From Eubacteriales bacterium (GTDB lineage: Bacteria; Bacillota; Clostridia; Lachnospirales; Lachnospiraceae): 64,000 bases of DNA. A model generated the notes under the pieces. It was not told the origin of the DNA, ran no database searches, and saw only the letters and a list, made by a program, of their open reading frames with translations. Position 1 is the first letter of the stretch. Every line of letters starts with the position of its first letter. This document shows positions 17,018-26,415 of the stretch, one piece after another. Location of the stretch: assembly GCA_030533385.1 (NCBI GenBank), contig JAUNJG010000007.1, positions 638 through 64,637 on the forward strand. The letters run 5' to 3'. The translations under genes were made by a program, and so were the position numbers.

Positions 17018-17527
17018 ATGAACTATTGCATGGAGTGCGGCACAAAGCTGCAAAAAAAGTATCTGGAAAAAGAGGGGATGATTCCTTTTTGTGAGACTTG
17101 TCATACATATCGCTTCCCGGTCTTTTCCACAGCGGTGAGCATGGAGGTGCTGTCTCCTGACAGGGAGAAGGTTCTGTTGATTCAACAATATGGCAGGGAC
17201 AGAAATATTTTGGTGGCAGGCTACATCAATCAGGGAGAAAATGCGGAGGAGACGGTCAAAAGAGAGGTCATGGAGGAAATTGGCGTCTCCGTTTCTCAGG
17301 TTCACTTTGAGAGAAGTGAATATTATGAGAGGAGCAATACGCTGATGTTGAATTTTTCTTGTGTGGCGGATACGGAAAGGCTGGACAATGTGTCAGAGAC
17401 GGAAATTGATTCCTGCGCCTGGTTTCCTTTGGAGGAGGCGAAGTGGGCGGTGGCGGAGGGCAGCCTGGCGGGAAAGTTTTTGAAGGCTTTCCTCGCAGGG
17501 AGAGAATCTGCGTCAGAATCGAAATGA
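17018..17527 (+). CDS. NUDIX hydrolase with an N-terminal zinc ribbon (NudC-like architecture)
   Basis: CMECGTKL...CETC forms the zinc ribbon. The Nudix box GYINQGENAEETVKREVMEEIGV matches GX5EX7REUXEEXGU. Confidence 0.8.
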   Translation: MNYCMECGTKLQKKYLEKEGMIPFCETCHTYRFPVFSTAVSMEVLSPDREKVLLIQQYGRDRNILVAGYINQGENAEETVKREVMEEIGVSVSQVHFERSEYYERSNTLMLNFSCVADTERLDNVSETEIDSCAWFPLEEAKWAVAEGSLAGKFLKAFLAGRESASESK

Positions 17528-17614
17528 AAAAATAGAATCAAAAAGACAAGAGAGGAAGAAACAGAGGAGAGCTGGAAGGGTAGGAAACCAGGAAGTCGGT
17601 CTCCGTGCTGTTTT

Positions 17615-18646
17615 TTGGCAATGACGACGGACGTTTTGGACAAAGGAGAGCCGGTCAGTGGCGAATTGAGATTCTTGTCATATCATAGTAAAAAGGCAGG
17701 CCGGCAGGACGGAGAAATGGGACCGGATTTAGAAGCTATTTTGGGCTTGAAACCTCTTTATGATAAAAACATTACCGGGCGGGGCGTCACGGTGGCGGTT
17801 CTTGATACCGGGCTGTATCCCCACAAAGATTTTTTTGTTCCCGGCAAACGAATCTGCGACTTTCGGGACTTTGTGCATGGGAGAGAGCGGGTGTATGATG
17901 ACAACGGACATGGAACCCATGTGAGCGGGATCATTGCGTCGGGCGGCCGGCTTCCCGGAGGGCAGAGAATCGGAATCGCACCGGAGGCCACCCTGCTTCC
18001 CCTCAAGGTGCTGGATGCCGGAGGAAGTGGAAAGCTTTCCAACATGCTGGAAGCCATCGAGTGGATTTTACGTTTTCAGCATCAGTACGGGATACGGCTT
18101 GTGAACATCTCCGTGGGGATGCCCGTCAGAAACCGGAGCAACCCGGAAAAAGATGTGCTGGTAGAAAAGGTGGAACAGCTCTGGGATGCGGGGATGACGG
18201 TAGTTGTGGCGGCGGGAAACGAGGGGCCGAGCCAATATACGGTGACAAGCCCCGGCGTCAGCAAAAAGGTGATTACGGTAGGCGCCCTGGACAGGGAGAT
18301 GATGCTGGGCAAAAAGAGAAGTCCCGGAACCCGTTATTCCGGGTGCGGACCGGTGCCGGGAAGCTGCGTGTGTAAACCGGACGTCGTCGCCCCGGCTTCC
18401 GGTATTTTAAGCTGCGATAACCGGTCTGGCGCCTACCGGAAAAGAAGCGGTACTTCCATGGCGACCCCCGTGGTAACGGGAACTTTGGCGCTGCTCTTGT
18501 CGGCAAAACCCTGGCTTACCAACCTGGACATAAAAATCCGATTGATGGAGACGGCGATTGACTGCGGCGCTCCGAGGAATAAGCAGGGCTGGGGTATCTT
18601 AAATGCAAGGGGGTTGTTTGGAGCGGAAGAATCTTCTCTTTTATAA
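17615..18646 (+). CDS. S8 family serine peptidase (subtilisin-like), with no obvious signal peptide
   Basis: The catalytic triad contexts are VAVLDTGL (Asp), HGTHVSGIIA (His) and SGTSMATPVVTG (Ser). The start is uncertain, with an alternative at ATG 17717. Confidence 0.85.
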   Translation: MAMTTDVLDKGEPVSGELRFLSYHSKKAGRQDGEMGPDLEAILGLKPLYDKNITGRGVTVAVLDTGLYPHKDFFVPGKRICDFRDFVHGRERVYDDNGHGTHVSGIIASGGRLPGGQRIGIAPEATLLPLKVLDAGGSGKLSNMLEAIEWILRFQHQYGIRLVNISVGMPVRNRSNPEKDVLVEKVEQLWDAGMTVVVAAGNEGPSQYTVTSPGVSKKVITVGALDREMMLGKKRSPGTRYSGCGPVPGSCVCKPDVVAPASGILSCDNRSGAYRKRSGTSMATPVVTGTLALLLSAKPWLTNLDIKIRLMETAIDCGAPRNKQGWGILNARGLFGAEESSLL

Positions 18647-18690
18647 TGCATCATATTGCTGCACTTTCAAAGAAGGAAAGGGCATGGAGC

Positions 18691-18719
18691 GGGGAGCTGT
18701 TGTTGACGGCTCCCTTTTT
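18691..18719 (+). terminator. Rho-independent terminator after the S8 peptidase gene
   Basis: GGGAGC (18692-18697) pairs with GCTCCC (18709-18714), followed by TTTTT. Confidence 0.5.
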
Positions 18720-18794
18720 GTGGCACAAAAAAATCTGGCAGACGACGCTTTGACCTGGTGAAAAGAGACGGCGCAAAAAAGGAAAAAAGGAATC

Positions 18795-19373
18795 TCAGGA
18801 TAAGATCTGTGGCAGTCCCAGATAGTTTAAAAGTCCGACATAGATGCCGTAGGCAAACTGATAAGGTTCCTGGAGCATGAGCTGATTGTCCTCGTAGTTG
18901 GTGATGTATCCAAGCTCCACCAGGATGGCGGGCATCTTTGTGTTTCTTAACACATAGAGGGAGGGGTTGGTGAAGACTCCGTTGTATTTTGTGTTGACTC
19001 TGCGGACGATTTCTGCCAGCACATCCAGGGCGAGATACCAGGCGGGCGTGTAGCTTTGCGCCACATAGACTTCCGAGCCGTTGCTGTCCGGATTCTCACT
19101 GGCGTTGGCGTGGATGCTGATAAAATAGTCGGCGGGCCAGTTGTTGGCCTGGGTGACTCGCGCTCTGAGACTGCTTGTATTGTTGTAACCTAAGGTGGTC
19201 TCCGGCGTGGGGCGGGACAATCTGGCGAGAAACCGATAATCCTCGGATAAAATATTATAAAGATACAGCCCCACTTGATAGTTGATGTCCTGCTCCCGGA
19301 TGCCGAAGCCTTCTGCTCCAGCGTTGATTCCGGCGGGATTGTGTCCCTGGTCGATATAAATTCTGATGGCCAA
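18795..19373 (-). CDS. N-acetylmuramoyl-L-alanine amidase (Amidase_3 family)
   Basis: IYIDQGHNPAG...FISIHANAS...GSEVYV are Amidase_3 zinc-site contexts. The apparent start is a TTG at 19373 with GAGG upstream. There is no signal peptide. Confidence 0.8.
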   Translation of the reverse strand: MAIRIYIDQGHNPAGINAGAEGFGIREQDINYQVGLYLYNILSEDYRFLARLSRPTPETTLGYNNTSSLRARVTQANNWPADYFISIHANASENPDSNGSEVYVAQSYTPAWYLALDVLAEIVRRVNTKYNGVFTNPSLYVLRNTKMPAILVELGYITNYEDNQLMLQEPYQFAYGIYVGLLNYLGLPQILS

Positions 19374-19484
19374 TAGAAAACCTCATTCGTTTTTTTTAAG
19401 TATATTCTTTTTGAAAAAAAAGATGTTTTTTTCAGAAAAAAAGATTCATAGAAAAAAGCAGGATTTCGTGCTATACTGTAAAGC

Positions 19485-20741
19485 ATGGAAGAAAGAAAAA
19501 AGAAATATGACAATCAGGATTTTGATACTTTTGGAGATTGGCTCCAGGATGTGGTACAGGATGCGATGGATGCGGTGGAGTCCGTAGATTTCGGAGAAAT
19601 CGGCAGGAACATCCATCAGGCGGTAGACCAGGCAAAATATGAGGTTGGCAGACAGTTTTGGAAAAATAGCGGGGAGGAGCAAAGAGAGCAGTGGAAGCAT
19701 AAGCTGAAAAAACCGATAGCCAGCCGCCAGCCGATGCGTCTGCGCCGCCTTCCCGGAAAATGGAGCGGTCCCATCGGGACGATTTTCGGAGGAATCGGCC
19801 TTACTGTTTTCGGTGCTTTAAGCCTTGGAATTGCTCTGGCCGGTCTTGGAGGATTTGGTGCTGGTGGTGCCGAGGTTTTCATCCCGGAGAGCATATGTCT
19901 CATCCTGACGCAGTTAAGCGGAATCTTGTTTTTTGCAGGACGGTCTGTGGGGAAGAGAGCAAAGAGAATTCAGAAATATGTGAAAATCTGGGGAGAGAAC
20001 TCCTTCATGATGCTGGAGGAGTTGTCAGTAAAAACCGGGTATTCCCTGAAGAAAATCCGAAAAGACGTCCGTTTTATGATAGAGCAGCGGCTGTGGCCGC
20101 ACGCTCGTCTGGATGAGGAGCAAACCTGTCTGATGCTCACGGAGGAAGCCGGGCAGCAGTACGATGCGGCCATGGAGACAAAGGAGCGCCGAGAGCAGGA
20201 GGAGAGGATTCGTCAGGAGCAGGAGCAGGAAAGAGTGCGACAGCAGGAGGAGAGGGAGCAGCTCTCCGCTGAGGAGCGCCGGCTTTTGGAACTGCAAGAG
20301 AGTGCGGGCGTCTGCCTTCAGGAAATCAAGGAGGCCAGAGACCGGATTCATACGAAGACAGTGCTGGAGAAGATAGATCGTCTGGAGCTTTTGCTCAGCC
20401 GGATTTTTGTCAGCATACAAAAACACCCGGAGAATATTTCCCGCACGGATCGTCTGGCGGAGTATTATCTTCCCGCTATCTTAAAATTGATACAGGTGTA
20501 TGCCGAGACGGAACAGCAGCCGGTGCAGGGAGAAAATATCATCCGGACGAGAAAAGAAATCGAAGATTCGCTGGACACGGTAAATCAGGCGCTGGAAGAG
20601 ATGTTTGACGATATGTTCCAGGAGATTGCCATGGATGTTTCCTCAGACATCCGGGTGCTGGAAGCGATGCTGGCAAAGGACGGATGGGGAGCGAGGAAGC
20701 TCCGCTCCCAGGGAGAGGAAGGCAGAGACTTCTGGCAATGA
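19485..20741 (+). CDS. XpaC-like (5-bromo-4-chloroindolyl phosphate hydrolysis protein family) membrane protein with a coiled-coil
   Basis: It has two TM segments (IGTIFGGIGLTVFGALSLGIALAGLG...) and an E/R/Q-rich coiled coil. The C-terminal TDRLAEYYLPAILKLIQVY is typical of XpaC-like proteins, and the gene sits next to a TelA-like gene. Confidence 0.6.
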   Translation: MEERKKKYDNQDFDTFGDWLQDVVQDAMDAVESVDFGEIGRNIHQAVDQAKYEVGRQFWKNSGEEQREQWKHKLKKPIASRQPMRLRRLPGKWSGPIGTIFGGIGLTVFGALSLGIALAGLGGFGAGGAEVFIPESICLILTQLSGILFFAGRSVGKRAKRIQKYVKIWGENSFMMLEELSVKTGYSLKKIRKDVRFMIEQRLWPHARLDEEQTCLMLTEEAGQQYDAAMETKERREQEERIRQEQEQERVRQQEEREQLSAEERRLLELQESAGVCLQEIKEARDRIHTKTVLEKIDRLELLLSRIFVSIQKHPENISRTDRLAEYYLPAILKLIQVYAETEQQPVQGENIIRTRKEIEDSLDTVNQALEEMFDDMFQEIAMDVSSDIRVLEAMLAKDGWGARKLRSQGEEGRDFWQ

Positions 20742-20772
20742 GAACTGCGAAAAAAGAAAAGGAGCGAGAGAG

Positions 20773-21906
20773 ATGGATATCGAAGAATTATTGAAGGAAG
20801 GGCCATCCCTCACCTTGACCCCGGAGGTGGAGGAGATGGAACTGACAGTGCAGCAGGAGGACAAGCCGATCGTTTTCGAGGAAGAAAAATACCTGACGGA
20901 AGAAGAAAAAAAGCAGGTGGAAGAGTTTGTCGACCAGATTGCGCTGACGGACACGGCAGCCATTTTGCAGTACGGGGCCGGAGTGCAGAAGAAAATGTCC
21001 GATTTTTCCGAGGGAACGCTGAACAAAGTCCGGGGAAAAGACCTGGGAGAGATCGGAGAGCTGCTAAACGGCGTCGTGATGGAATTAAAAGAATTTGATG
21101 AGGAAGGGAGCAAGGGCGTGTTTGGCTTCTTCCGAAAAAAGGTGGCAAAGGCGGAGATGATGAAGCTGAAGTACGATAAGGCGGAGGCGAGCATAGAAAA
21201 GATCGTCAAGACGCTGGAAGGCCATCAGATGCAGTTATTGAAGGACAGTGCCCTGTTGGATCAGCTGTATGATCTGAACAAGGTTTATTTTCGGGAGTTG
21301 AACATGTACATTCTCGCCGGGAAGAAGAAACTGGCCCAGGTCAGGGAGACAGAGCTTCCGGAGGTGAGGGAGCGGGCACTGCAATCCGGACTTGCGGAAG
21401 ACGCCCAGGAGGTCAGCGATTTGGAGGGGCTGTGCAACCGCTTTGAAAAAAAGATACACGATTTGGAGCTGACCCGCATGGTTTCCTTGCAGATGGCTCC
21501 TCAGATTCGCATGATTCAGTCCAGCGATGCCGTGATGTCAGAAAAGATTCAGTCCACGCTGGTCAACACCATCCCTCTTTGGAAAAGTCAGATGCTCATC
21601 GCCCTTGGAGTGGAACATTCAAAGCGGGCGGCGGAGGCGCAGAGGCAGGTTTCAGATTTAACCAATGAGCTGTTGAAAAAGAATGCAGAGAAGCTGAAGA
21701 TGGCGACGGTGGAGACCGCCAGGGAGAGCGAGAGGGGCGTTGTGGACATGGAGACCCTCGTCGCCACCAATGAGAACCTGATTTCGACCATTGACGAGGT
21801 GATGAAGATTCAGGAAGAAGGCCGTGTGAAACGCCGGGAGGCGGAGGCGAAGCTGACAGAGTTGGAAGAGCAGTTGAAAAACAAGATGATGCACCGTGGA
21901 AACTGA
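20773..21906 (+). CDS. Toxic anion resistance protein (TelA/YaaN family)
   Basis: 377 aa from the ATG at 20773, with SD AAAGGAGCGAGAGAG. The TelA-like helical pattern is present (ILQYGAGVQKKMSDFS...LDQLYDLNKVYFRELNMYILAGKKKL...). Confidence 0.8.
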   Translation: MDIEELLKEGPSLTLTPEVEEMELTVQQEDKPIVFEEEKYLTEEEKKQVEEFVDQIALTDTAAILQYGAGVQKKMSDFSEGTLNKVRGKDLGEIGELLNGVVMELKEFDEEGSKGVFGFFRKKVAKAEMMKLKYDKAEASIEKIVKTLEGHQMQLLKDSALLDQLYDLNKVYFRELNMYILAGKKKLAQVRETELPEVRERALQSGLAEDAQEVSDLEGLCNRFEKKIHDLELTRMVSLQMAPQIRMIQSSDAVMSEKIQSTLVNTIPLWKSQMLIALGVEHSKRAAEAQRQVSDLTNELLKKNAEKLKMATVETARESERGVVDMETLVATNENLISTIDEVMKIQEEGRVKRREAEAKLTELEEQLKNKMMHRGN

Positions 21907-22056
21907 CGGTGTGGAGGACAAAGGGCGCAATGGGAAAGCTGTTGGGGGATGAGAAAGCGCCCGCCCTTTCTTTCTGTACATTTCCACAAGGGCAAGGTGC
22001 GATGATAAAAAGAGAACAGAAAAGATAATAGAGAAAAGATAATAGAGATAAGAGAC

Positions 22057-22103
22057 AAAGGCTGCTGTATGATTTCTTTATGAGGTCATACAGCAGCCTT
22101 TTT
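22057..22103 (+). terminator. Rho-independent terminator after the telA-like gene
   Basis: AAAGGCTGCTGTATGA (22057-22072) pairs with TCATACAGCAGCCTTT (22086-22101), then a T-run. Confidence 0.75.
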
Positions 22104-22118
22104 GAGAAGTTTCGCCGC

Positions 22119-22143
22119 AAAAAAATGCCGCCTTTCGGCGGCA
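22119..22143 (-). terminator. Rho-independent terminator after the NlpC/P60 gene (minus strand)
   Basis: TGCCGCC (22126-22132) pairs with GGCGGCA (22137-22143). The A7 run at 22119-22125 is the T-run on the minus strand. Confidence 0.65.
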
Positions 22144-22206
22144 GATAGATATTATGTAGAGGAAACCATGATATCTTGAAAGTTATTTTCTGAAACCATG
22201 ATTTTT

Positions 22207-23097
22207 TTAATTAAAGATGCGTCGGATAGTAACGATCGGGCGGTAGGAAGCGTTGGTAGAAATCTTGATACCGTCCCGTGGGTTGCTGGCGTGAACAATC
22301 TTGTTATTTCCCATGTAGAGGGAGACGTGACCGTTATAACAGATGATGTCGCCAGGTTTTGCACTCTTTAAACTGCTGACCCTCGTTCCGCATCCTCTCA
22401 TGGCGCGGGAGGAATGAGGAAGAGACTTGCCGAAACGTCTGTAAACGCTCATGATGTAGCCGGAGCAGTCTGCGCCGCCGGTAAGGCTGGTGCCGCCCCA
22501 TCGGTATGGATTTCCGACGAACTGCAAAGCGTACTGCACGACTTCTTCTCCCTTGGTGCTGGTGTTGGAAGCGGTGCCTCCATTGTCTGTCCCAATCTGG
22601 TCTCCCTTGGCATAACCTGTAATTCCGTGAACGTACACCTTGACCCAGCGCTTGTTCGGGGTGAGAACCTTCACCTTGGTTCCTTTGTCCACCGTGGCAA
22701 CTACTGTCGAAGCGTCGTTTTTGGAAGAGTGAACTTTTAACTTCTTGGAGCTTACCTCGCCGTCAATGACGTTGGCATCAAGACAGGAAGCATTTCCGTA
22801 TTCGGTGGAAAGATATCTTCCCTGGGTGTAGCCGGTCTTACCGCCGATTTTTACTTTGACCCACTTCTTTCCGGTGGTGAGAACCTCCACATTTCTTCCT
22901 TTGCGAAGAACTTTGATGCATTTTGCCTTCGTGCTTTTGGAAGAGCGGATGTGAAGCTTTCTGGCGTTGACAGTCGCCTGTGTGCTGGCCTCTGCCTGAA
23001 TGGCAGGACGAAAACCGGTTGCCGGCAGGATTGCTGCATTTAAAAGGAATGCGGCTGCAAAAATACGAACGATTGGCCGCTTTATTATATTTAACAT
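22207..23097 (-). CDS. Secreted cell-wall hydrolase with three SH3b repeats and a C-terminal NlpC/P60 cysteine peptidase domain
   Basis: The start at MLNIIKRP (23097) has GGAGGT 5 nt upstream. A signal peptide ends at AIQAEAS. There are three repeats of the type LHIRSSKSTKAKCIKVL.KG..V.VL...KKWVKV. The NlpC/P60 core is YRWGGTS..GADCSGYI...HVSLYMG. Confidence 0.85.
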   Translation of the reverse strand: MLNIIKRPIVRIFAAAFLLNAAILPATGFRPAIQAEASTQATVNARKLHIRSSKSTKAKCIKVLRKGRNVEVLTTGKKWVKVKIGGKTGYTQGRYLSTEYGNASCLDANVIDGEVSSKKLKVHSSKNDASTVVATVDKGTKVKVLTPNKRWVKVYVHGITGYAKGDQIGTDNGGTASNTSTKGEEVVQYALQFVGNPYRWGGTSLTGGADCSGYIMSVYRRFGKSLPHSSRAMRGCGTRVSSLKSAKPGDIICYNGHVSLYMGNNKIVHASNPRDGIKISTNASYRPIVTIRRIFN

Positions 23098-23383
23098 ATC
23101 TGACCTCCATAGATTCATCATCACTTGCTATGGCAATTATAAAACCAGAATGTGTGTGAAATGTGACTTTTGTTATATTTTTTAATAAATTTGTAATAAT
23201 AGCCGAGGAAATAATAAGTAAATGTTATGTATTTATATTAATTAACAAAACTCCCGGTGGATTATGAATTTTTTGTCATATTTTCTTCAAAAGAAAAGGT
23301 GACTGCCTGAGAAAATCTTCCGGAAAATGCCTGTTTGTCTTCTGTTTTTGAGAAGATGGATGGCTTTTGATGAGATGATATTG

Positions 23384-23417
23384 AAAAAACCGGCCCCGGC
23401 AAAAGCGCCGGGGCCGG
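23384..23417 (-). terminator. Rho-independent terminator after the McrB-like gene (minus strand)
   Basis: A GC-rich stem, CCGGCCCCGGC (23390-23400) with CGCCGGGGCCGG (23406-23417). The A6 at 23384-23389 is the T-run on the minus strand. Confidence 0.7.
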
Positions 23418-23429
23418 AAGGTGTTTTTG

Positions 23430-26249
23430 TCAGTGGTAGATGCCGATGTAGCTGGCAGGATGAAAAAATGCTTCTGTATTTTTGTGGTAAATGGATTTCC
23501 CTGTGTCGAAGGAATCAGGGATTTCTCCGAGGAAGAGGCCGCCGGAAAAGGGGATTTCCTGATAAAATACGGTGTCGGGGTGCTGTTTTCCGTTGTCTCC
23601 CAACACATAGCGAATCCGCTCCATATCTCCGTCAAACCATTTTTCCAACAGGGGGATGATCTGTTCTGAGAAAATGCGGCTCAGGGAGAGAAAGGGGTCT
23701 TTTTCCGGAGAACTGAGGAAAAATCCTTCTCCGAGCTGGTAATCCGGTCCCAGAAAATAGGAAATTCTCTGGTTCATTGTAATCATCATCCGCTCTAAAT
23801 GGATGCCTTCTACCTGTATGCCCTTTAGGATTGCCGGATTGGGGGCGATGGAGCGAATGAAGAAATCATGAGCGACTGCTCCGGTTATCGTGTCCTCGCT
23901 CACGTCGCAGTCGCAGGTGGCAACGAGGTAGAGGTTGGAAGGCAGAGTAAAAGTCTCTCCGGAGCAGGAGAGGGTTACGGCGGTTTCACTTCCCATCCCC
24001 TCCCTCCGGTTGTCCCTTAACAAGACGGCGGTTTCTCCAAACAGATGCGCCCAGTTCATGTTGACTTCTTCCATCATAACCACATAGCGTCCGTCGGCAC
24101 AGTGGTTGGCAAAAGTTTTGAAGATGCCGCTTTGTACGCCAAAGGACTGCCGGGATTCAATCCAGCCGGCATAGCCGTCCCCGTCTCTGTCCGGGTAGGA
24201 AATATGGAGAATCCTTCCCTCTTCCACATATTCTTTATAATGTTCCAAAACGTCGGACCTTGGCTCAATCCGCATCATGGAAAGTTCCTTCCCCTCGATG
24301 ATTCCCACCGCCGTCAGAATGGCCTCATGGTATTTTCCTGTTTTGACCGGGCCTTTGATCAGAGTGTTTTTCGGATAGAGACGAAAGCCCTGCTCTCTGC
24401 GGTCGGGGTGGGTGGATGCTGTCGAAGAAGGGGACGGTGAGCTTCCGGTACGGTGGTAAGATGGCGTCCCCTCCCCGAATGTCGCAGGGCGCTGTTCCGA
24501 AAGGTTTTCAGGAGGCAGCGGAGATTCTGGATTGGAAGGGAGGAGAGGCGGCGGTGCGGAAAGAGATTCCCCGTCCGGCTCCGTCTTTGTCGTCTCTTCT
24601 TTTTTTGTGGGGGCATAGCCTTGTAATACTCTTGTAATGTAGTCGGAAGTGGGGGAACTTCCGCCCTGTTTATAGATGATCTGAGGGCCGGGAACCTGGA
24701 CGGCTGCCCGGTAGGTCAGCTTGGAGCCAAGAGCGGCTGCAAGGGGGTCTTCCTGCATCGTCTCATCGGGAGCGGGGTAGTCGTTTTGGCAGATATCTGT
24801 ATAATAAGAAGCCAGAATCTGGGAGGCGGTGGACATCATGTCGATGATATCTTCTTCTTTCATGGTCTTAAAGTCCTCGTAGAGGTAGAGAGCGGAGGCT
24901 TTTAGCTTCTGGCTGTCCTCAATCAGGTCAAAACCTTCGGTGGCTCTGTTTTCCACCCGGAAGGGAGCCGCAGTCATGAGAGGAAGCTTCCCGCATTTTT
25001 CCTGAATATTTAACATGGCCTCCTCGTCTGCGCAGTAAGGCAGGTTGAGGGCAATCTCGATATTGACGGCGTCCTTGTCGGGAATGGTAAGAAAGGACAG
25101 TCCGGCATGGGTATGGGCATAATCTTCTATGGAGAGGACGTCGCAGAAGAGATAGGAAACCCTTCCGTCTTCCTCTGTGTGCCAGTGCGCTTTTCTTGCG
25201 TAAGTAAAATTGGGATATTCTCCGATGAGGGCGTCCGCCAGCCGGTGAAAAACAGCCGAGCAGTCTTCGCCGTCGGCCCGGAGGGCGAGAGACTGCTCGG
25301 AGGTGTCTTCGGGATCATAGACGGTTCCCCCCTGCCTTGTGAGAAAATCTGCCAGACGGACAAAACCGTTAGAATGATTCAGCTCCACATAGGAGGCATC
25401 CACCAGGTGAGCGTATTCATGTTCCACGAAATCAAGGAGGGTGGAGAGGGTCATGTAGCCGTAGATAGAGTAGATATATGCGGTATCATCTATATTTTCG
25501 TCTTCCGGTCGCTCCCTGTCGCCGCCAAATTCGCCGGGATAGCTGATGCGGTAATATTTGTAAATATCCCGCAGATACCGGAGGCGGTGTCCCGGCTCGT
25601 CAGCATTGCAAATCCGGGTGATGGTGTTGACGTTGACGTCCTGCCCGAATACCTTTTGTGCCCGGGTCTGCACCTCATACTGCATGAGAAGGATGTCGTC
25701 GGCGCTGATGCCCGGATTTTGGTAATATTTTTCATAGAGGAGAACGGCGGCCGCAATCCAGACGGAATCCTCCTGGGTATAACGAATCTGAAGGCTGCGC
25801 TCCACGTCGTTCATGAAGGCATAGTAGCGCTGTTCCAGATCGGGCCAGAGGGCGCCGATGGCCTCGCCAAGTTCGGGGTGAAGTTTCCATTCCAGACTCT
25901 CTGTCTCCTTTGCGCCTGTATGTTTGCCCCAGAAAAAGAGAAACCACCAGTATTCCTCGCCTTGAAAATCCACTTCGGCGGGAATGTCGTTGGCGTTTGC
26001 CAGAAGTTTTCCCATGTCGTTGGCGTCCGCCAGGAGTGCCGCCTCCGTTGCATGGCCGCAAAAGGAAAGTTGGAGGAGGGTGGCGGCGTGGTTATAGGAG
26101 GCGTAGACCTGTTTTAGGAGGGAAAGCTGTGGCTCAGTGAGCTGTCCGGATTCTAAGAGGCTTTTCCACTGTTCTGTGGTGTAGCGGCTCTTAGACTGAT
26201 AGTCTGCCTCATACTCATAGTCTCGTTGTCTTTGTTTGTCGGTAATCAT
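23430..26249 (-). CDS. McrB-like AAA+ (AAA_5/GTPase-type) protein with degenerate nucleotide-binding motifs and a large unassigned N-terminal region
   Basis: 939 aa. The C-terminal region of about 330 aa is collinear with McrB-family NTPase domains. GPVKTGKY occupies the GPPGxGKT position (nt 24330-24353). VVMMEEVNMN...LFGE occupies the IIDEINRAN..FGE position (nt 24054-24083). LYLVATCDCD occupies the IIGTMNTAD position, and AHDFFIRSI the RRRFxF position. An IIPLLEKWF tail follows. A Pro/Ser/Thr-rich linker lies at about nt 24380-24620, and I cannot assign the N-terminal ~550 aa. Confidence 0.65.
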   Translation of the reverse strand: MITDKQRQRDYEYEADYQSKSRYTTEQWKSLLESGQLTEPQLSLLKQVYASYNHAATLLQLSFCGHATEAALLADANDMGKLLANANDIPAEVDFQGEEYWWFLFFWGKHTGAKETESLEWKLHPELGEAIGALWPDLEQRYYAFMNDVERSLQIRYTQEDSVWIAAAVLLYEKYYQNPGISADDILLMQYEVQTRAQKVFGQDVNVNTITRICNADEPGHRLRYLRDIYKYYRISYPGEFGGDRERPEDENIDDTAYIYSIYGYMTLSTLLDFVEHEYAHLVDASYVELNHSNGFVRLADFLTRQGGTVYDPEDTSEQSLALRADGEDCSAVFHRLADALIGEYPNFTYARKAHWHTEEDGRVSYLFCDVLSIEDYAHTHAGLSFLTIPDKDAVNIEIALNLPYCADEEAMLNIQEKCGKLPLMTAAPFRVENRATEGFDLIEDSQKLKASALYLYEDFKTMKEEDIIDMMSTASQILASYYTDICQNDYPAPDETMQEDPLAAALGSKLTYRAAVQVPGPQIIYKQGGSSPTSDYITRVLQGYAPTKKEETTKTEPDGESLSAPPPLLPSNPESPLPPENLSEQRPATFGEGTPSYHRTGSSPSPSSTASTHPDRREQGFRLYPKNTLIKGPVKTGKYHEAILTAVGIIEGKELSMMRIEPRSDVLEHYKEYVEEGRILHISYPDRDGDGYAGWIESRQSFGVQSGIFKTFANHCADGRYVVMMEEVNMNWAHLFGETAVLLRDNRREGMGSETAVTLSCSGETFTLPSNLYLVATCDCDVSEDTITGAVAHDFFIRSIAPNPAILKGIQVEGIHLERMMITMNQRISYFLGPDYQLGEGFFLSSPEKDPFLSLSRIFSEQIIPLLEKWFDGDMERIRYVLGDNGKQHPDTVFYQEIPFSGGLFLGEIPDSFDTGKSIYHKNTEAFFHPASYIGIYH

Positions 26250-26415
26250 TTGGTCATCGATCCTTTCTGCAAAAAGAAAAGACCTGCCGCAGATGCGACA
26301 GGCCTGTCAGCAGGCGGAAAGCCGCAGCTTTCGCCGGAATATGCGTATCGCCATGATACGAAGGTGTAAAGGCAGCGGTAGCGCTGGGACGGCGTTTGTC
26401 GGCCCACGCGCCGGT

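Noticed and set aside
25380-25420. An HExxH string (VEHEYAHLVD) in the N-terminal region of the McrB-like protein, considered as a possible metalloprotease site.
   Set aside because: This is a single pentapeptide match with no third ligand or Met-turn context that I can recognise. HExxH occurs frequently by chance.
23430-26249. A McrBC-type (type IV) restriction system.
   Set aside because: There is no McrC or nuclease gene on either side. The NTPase motifs of the McrB-like domain are all degenerate, so it cannot be called a functional restriction system.
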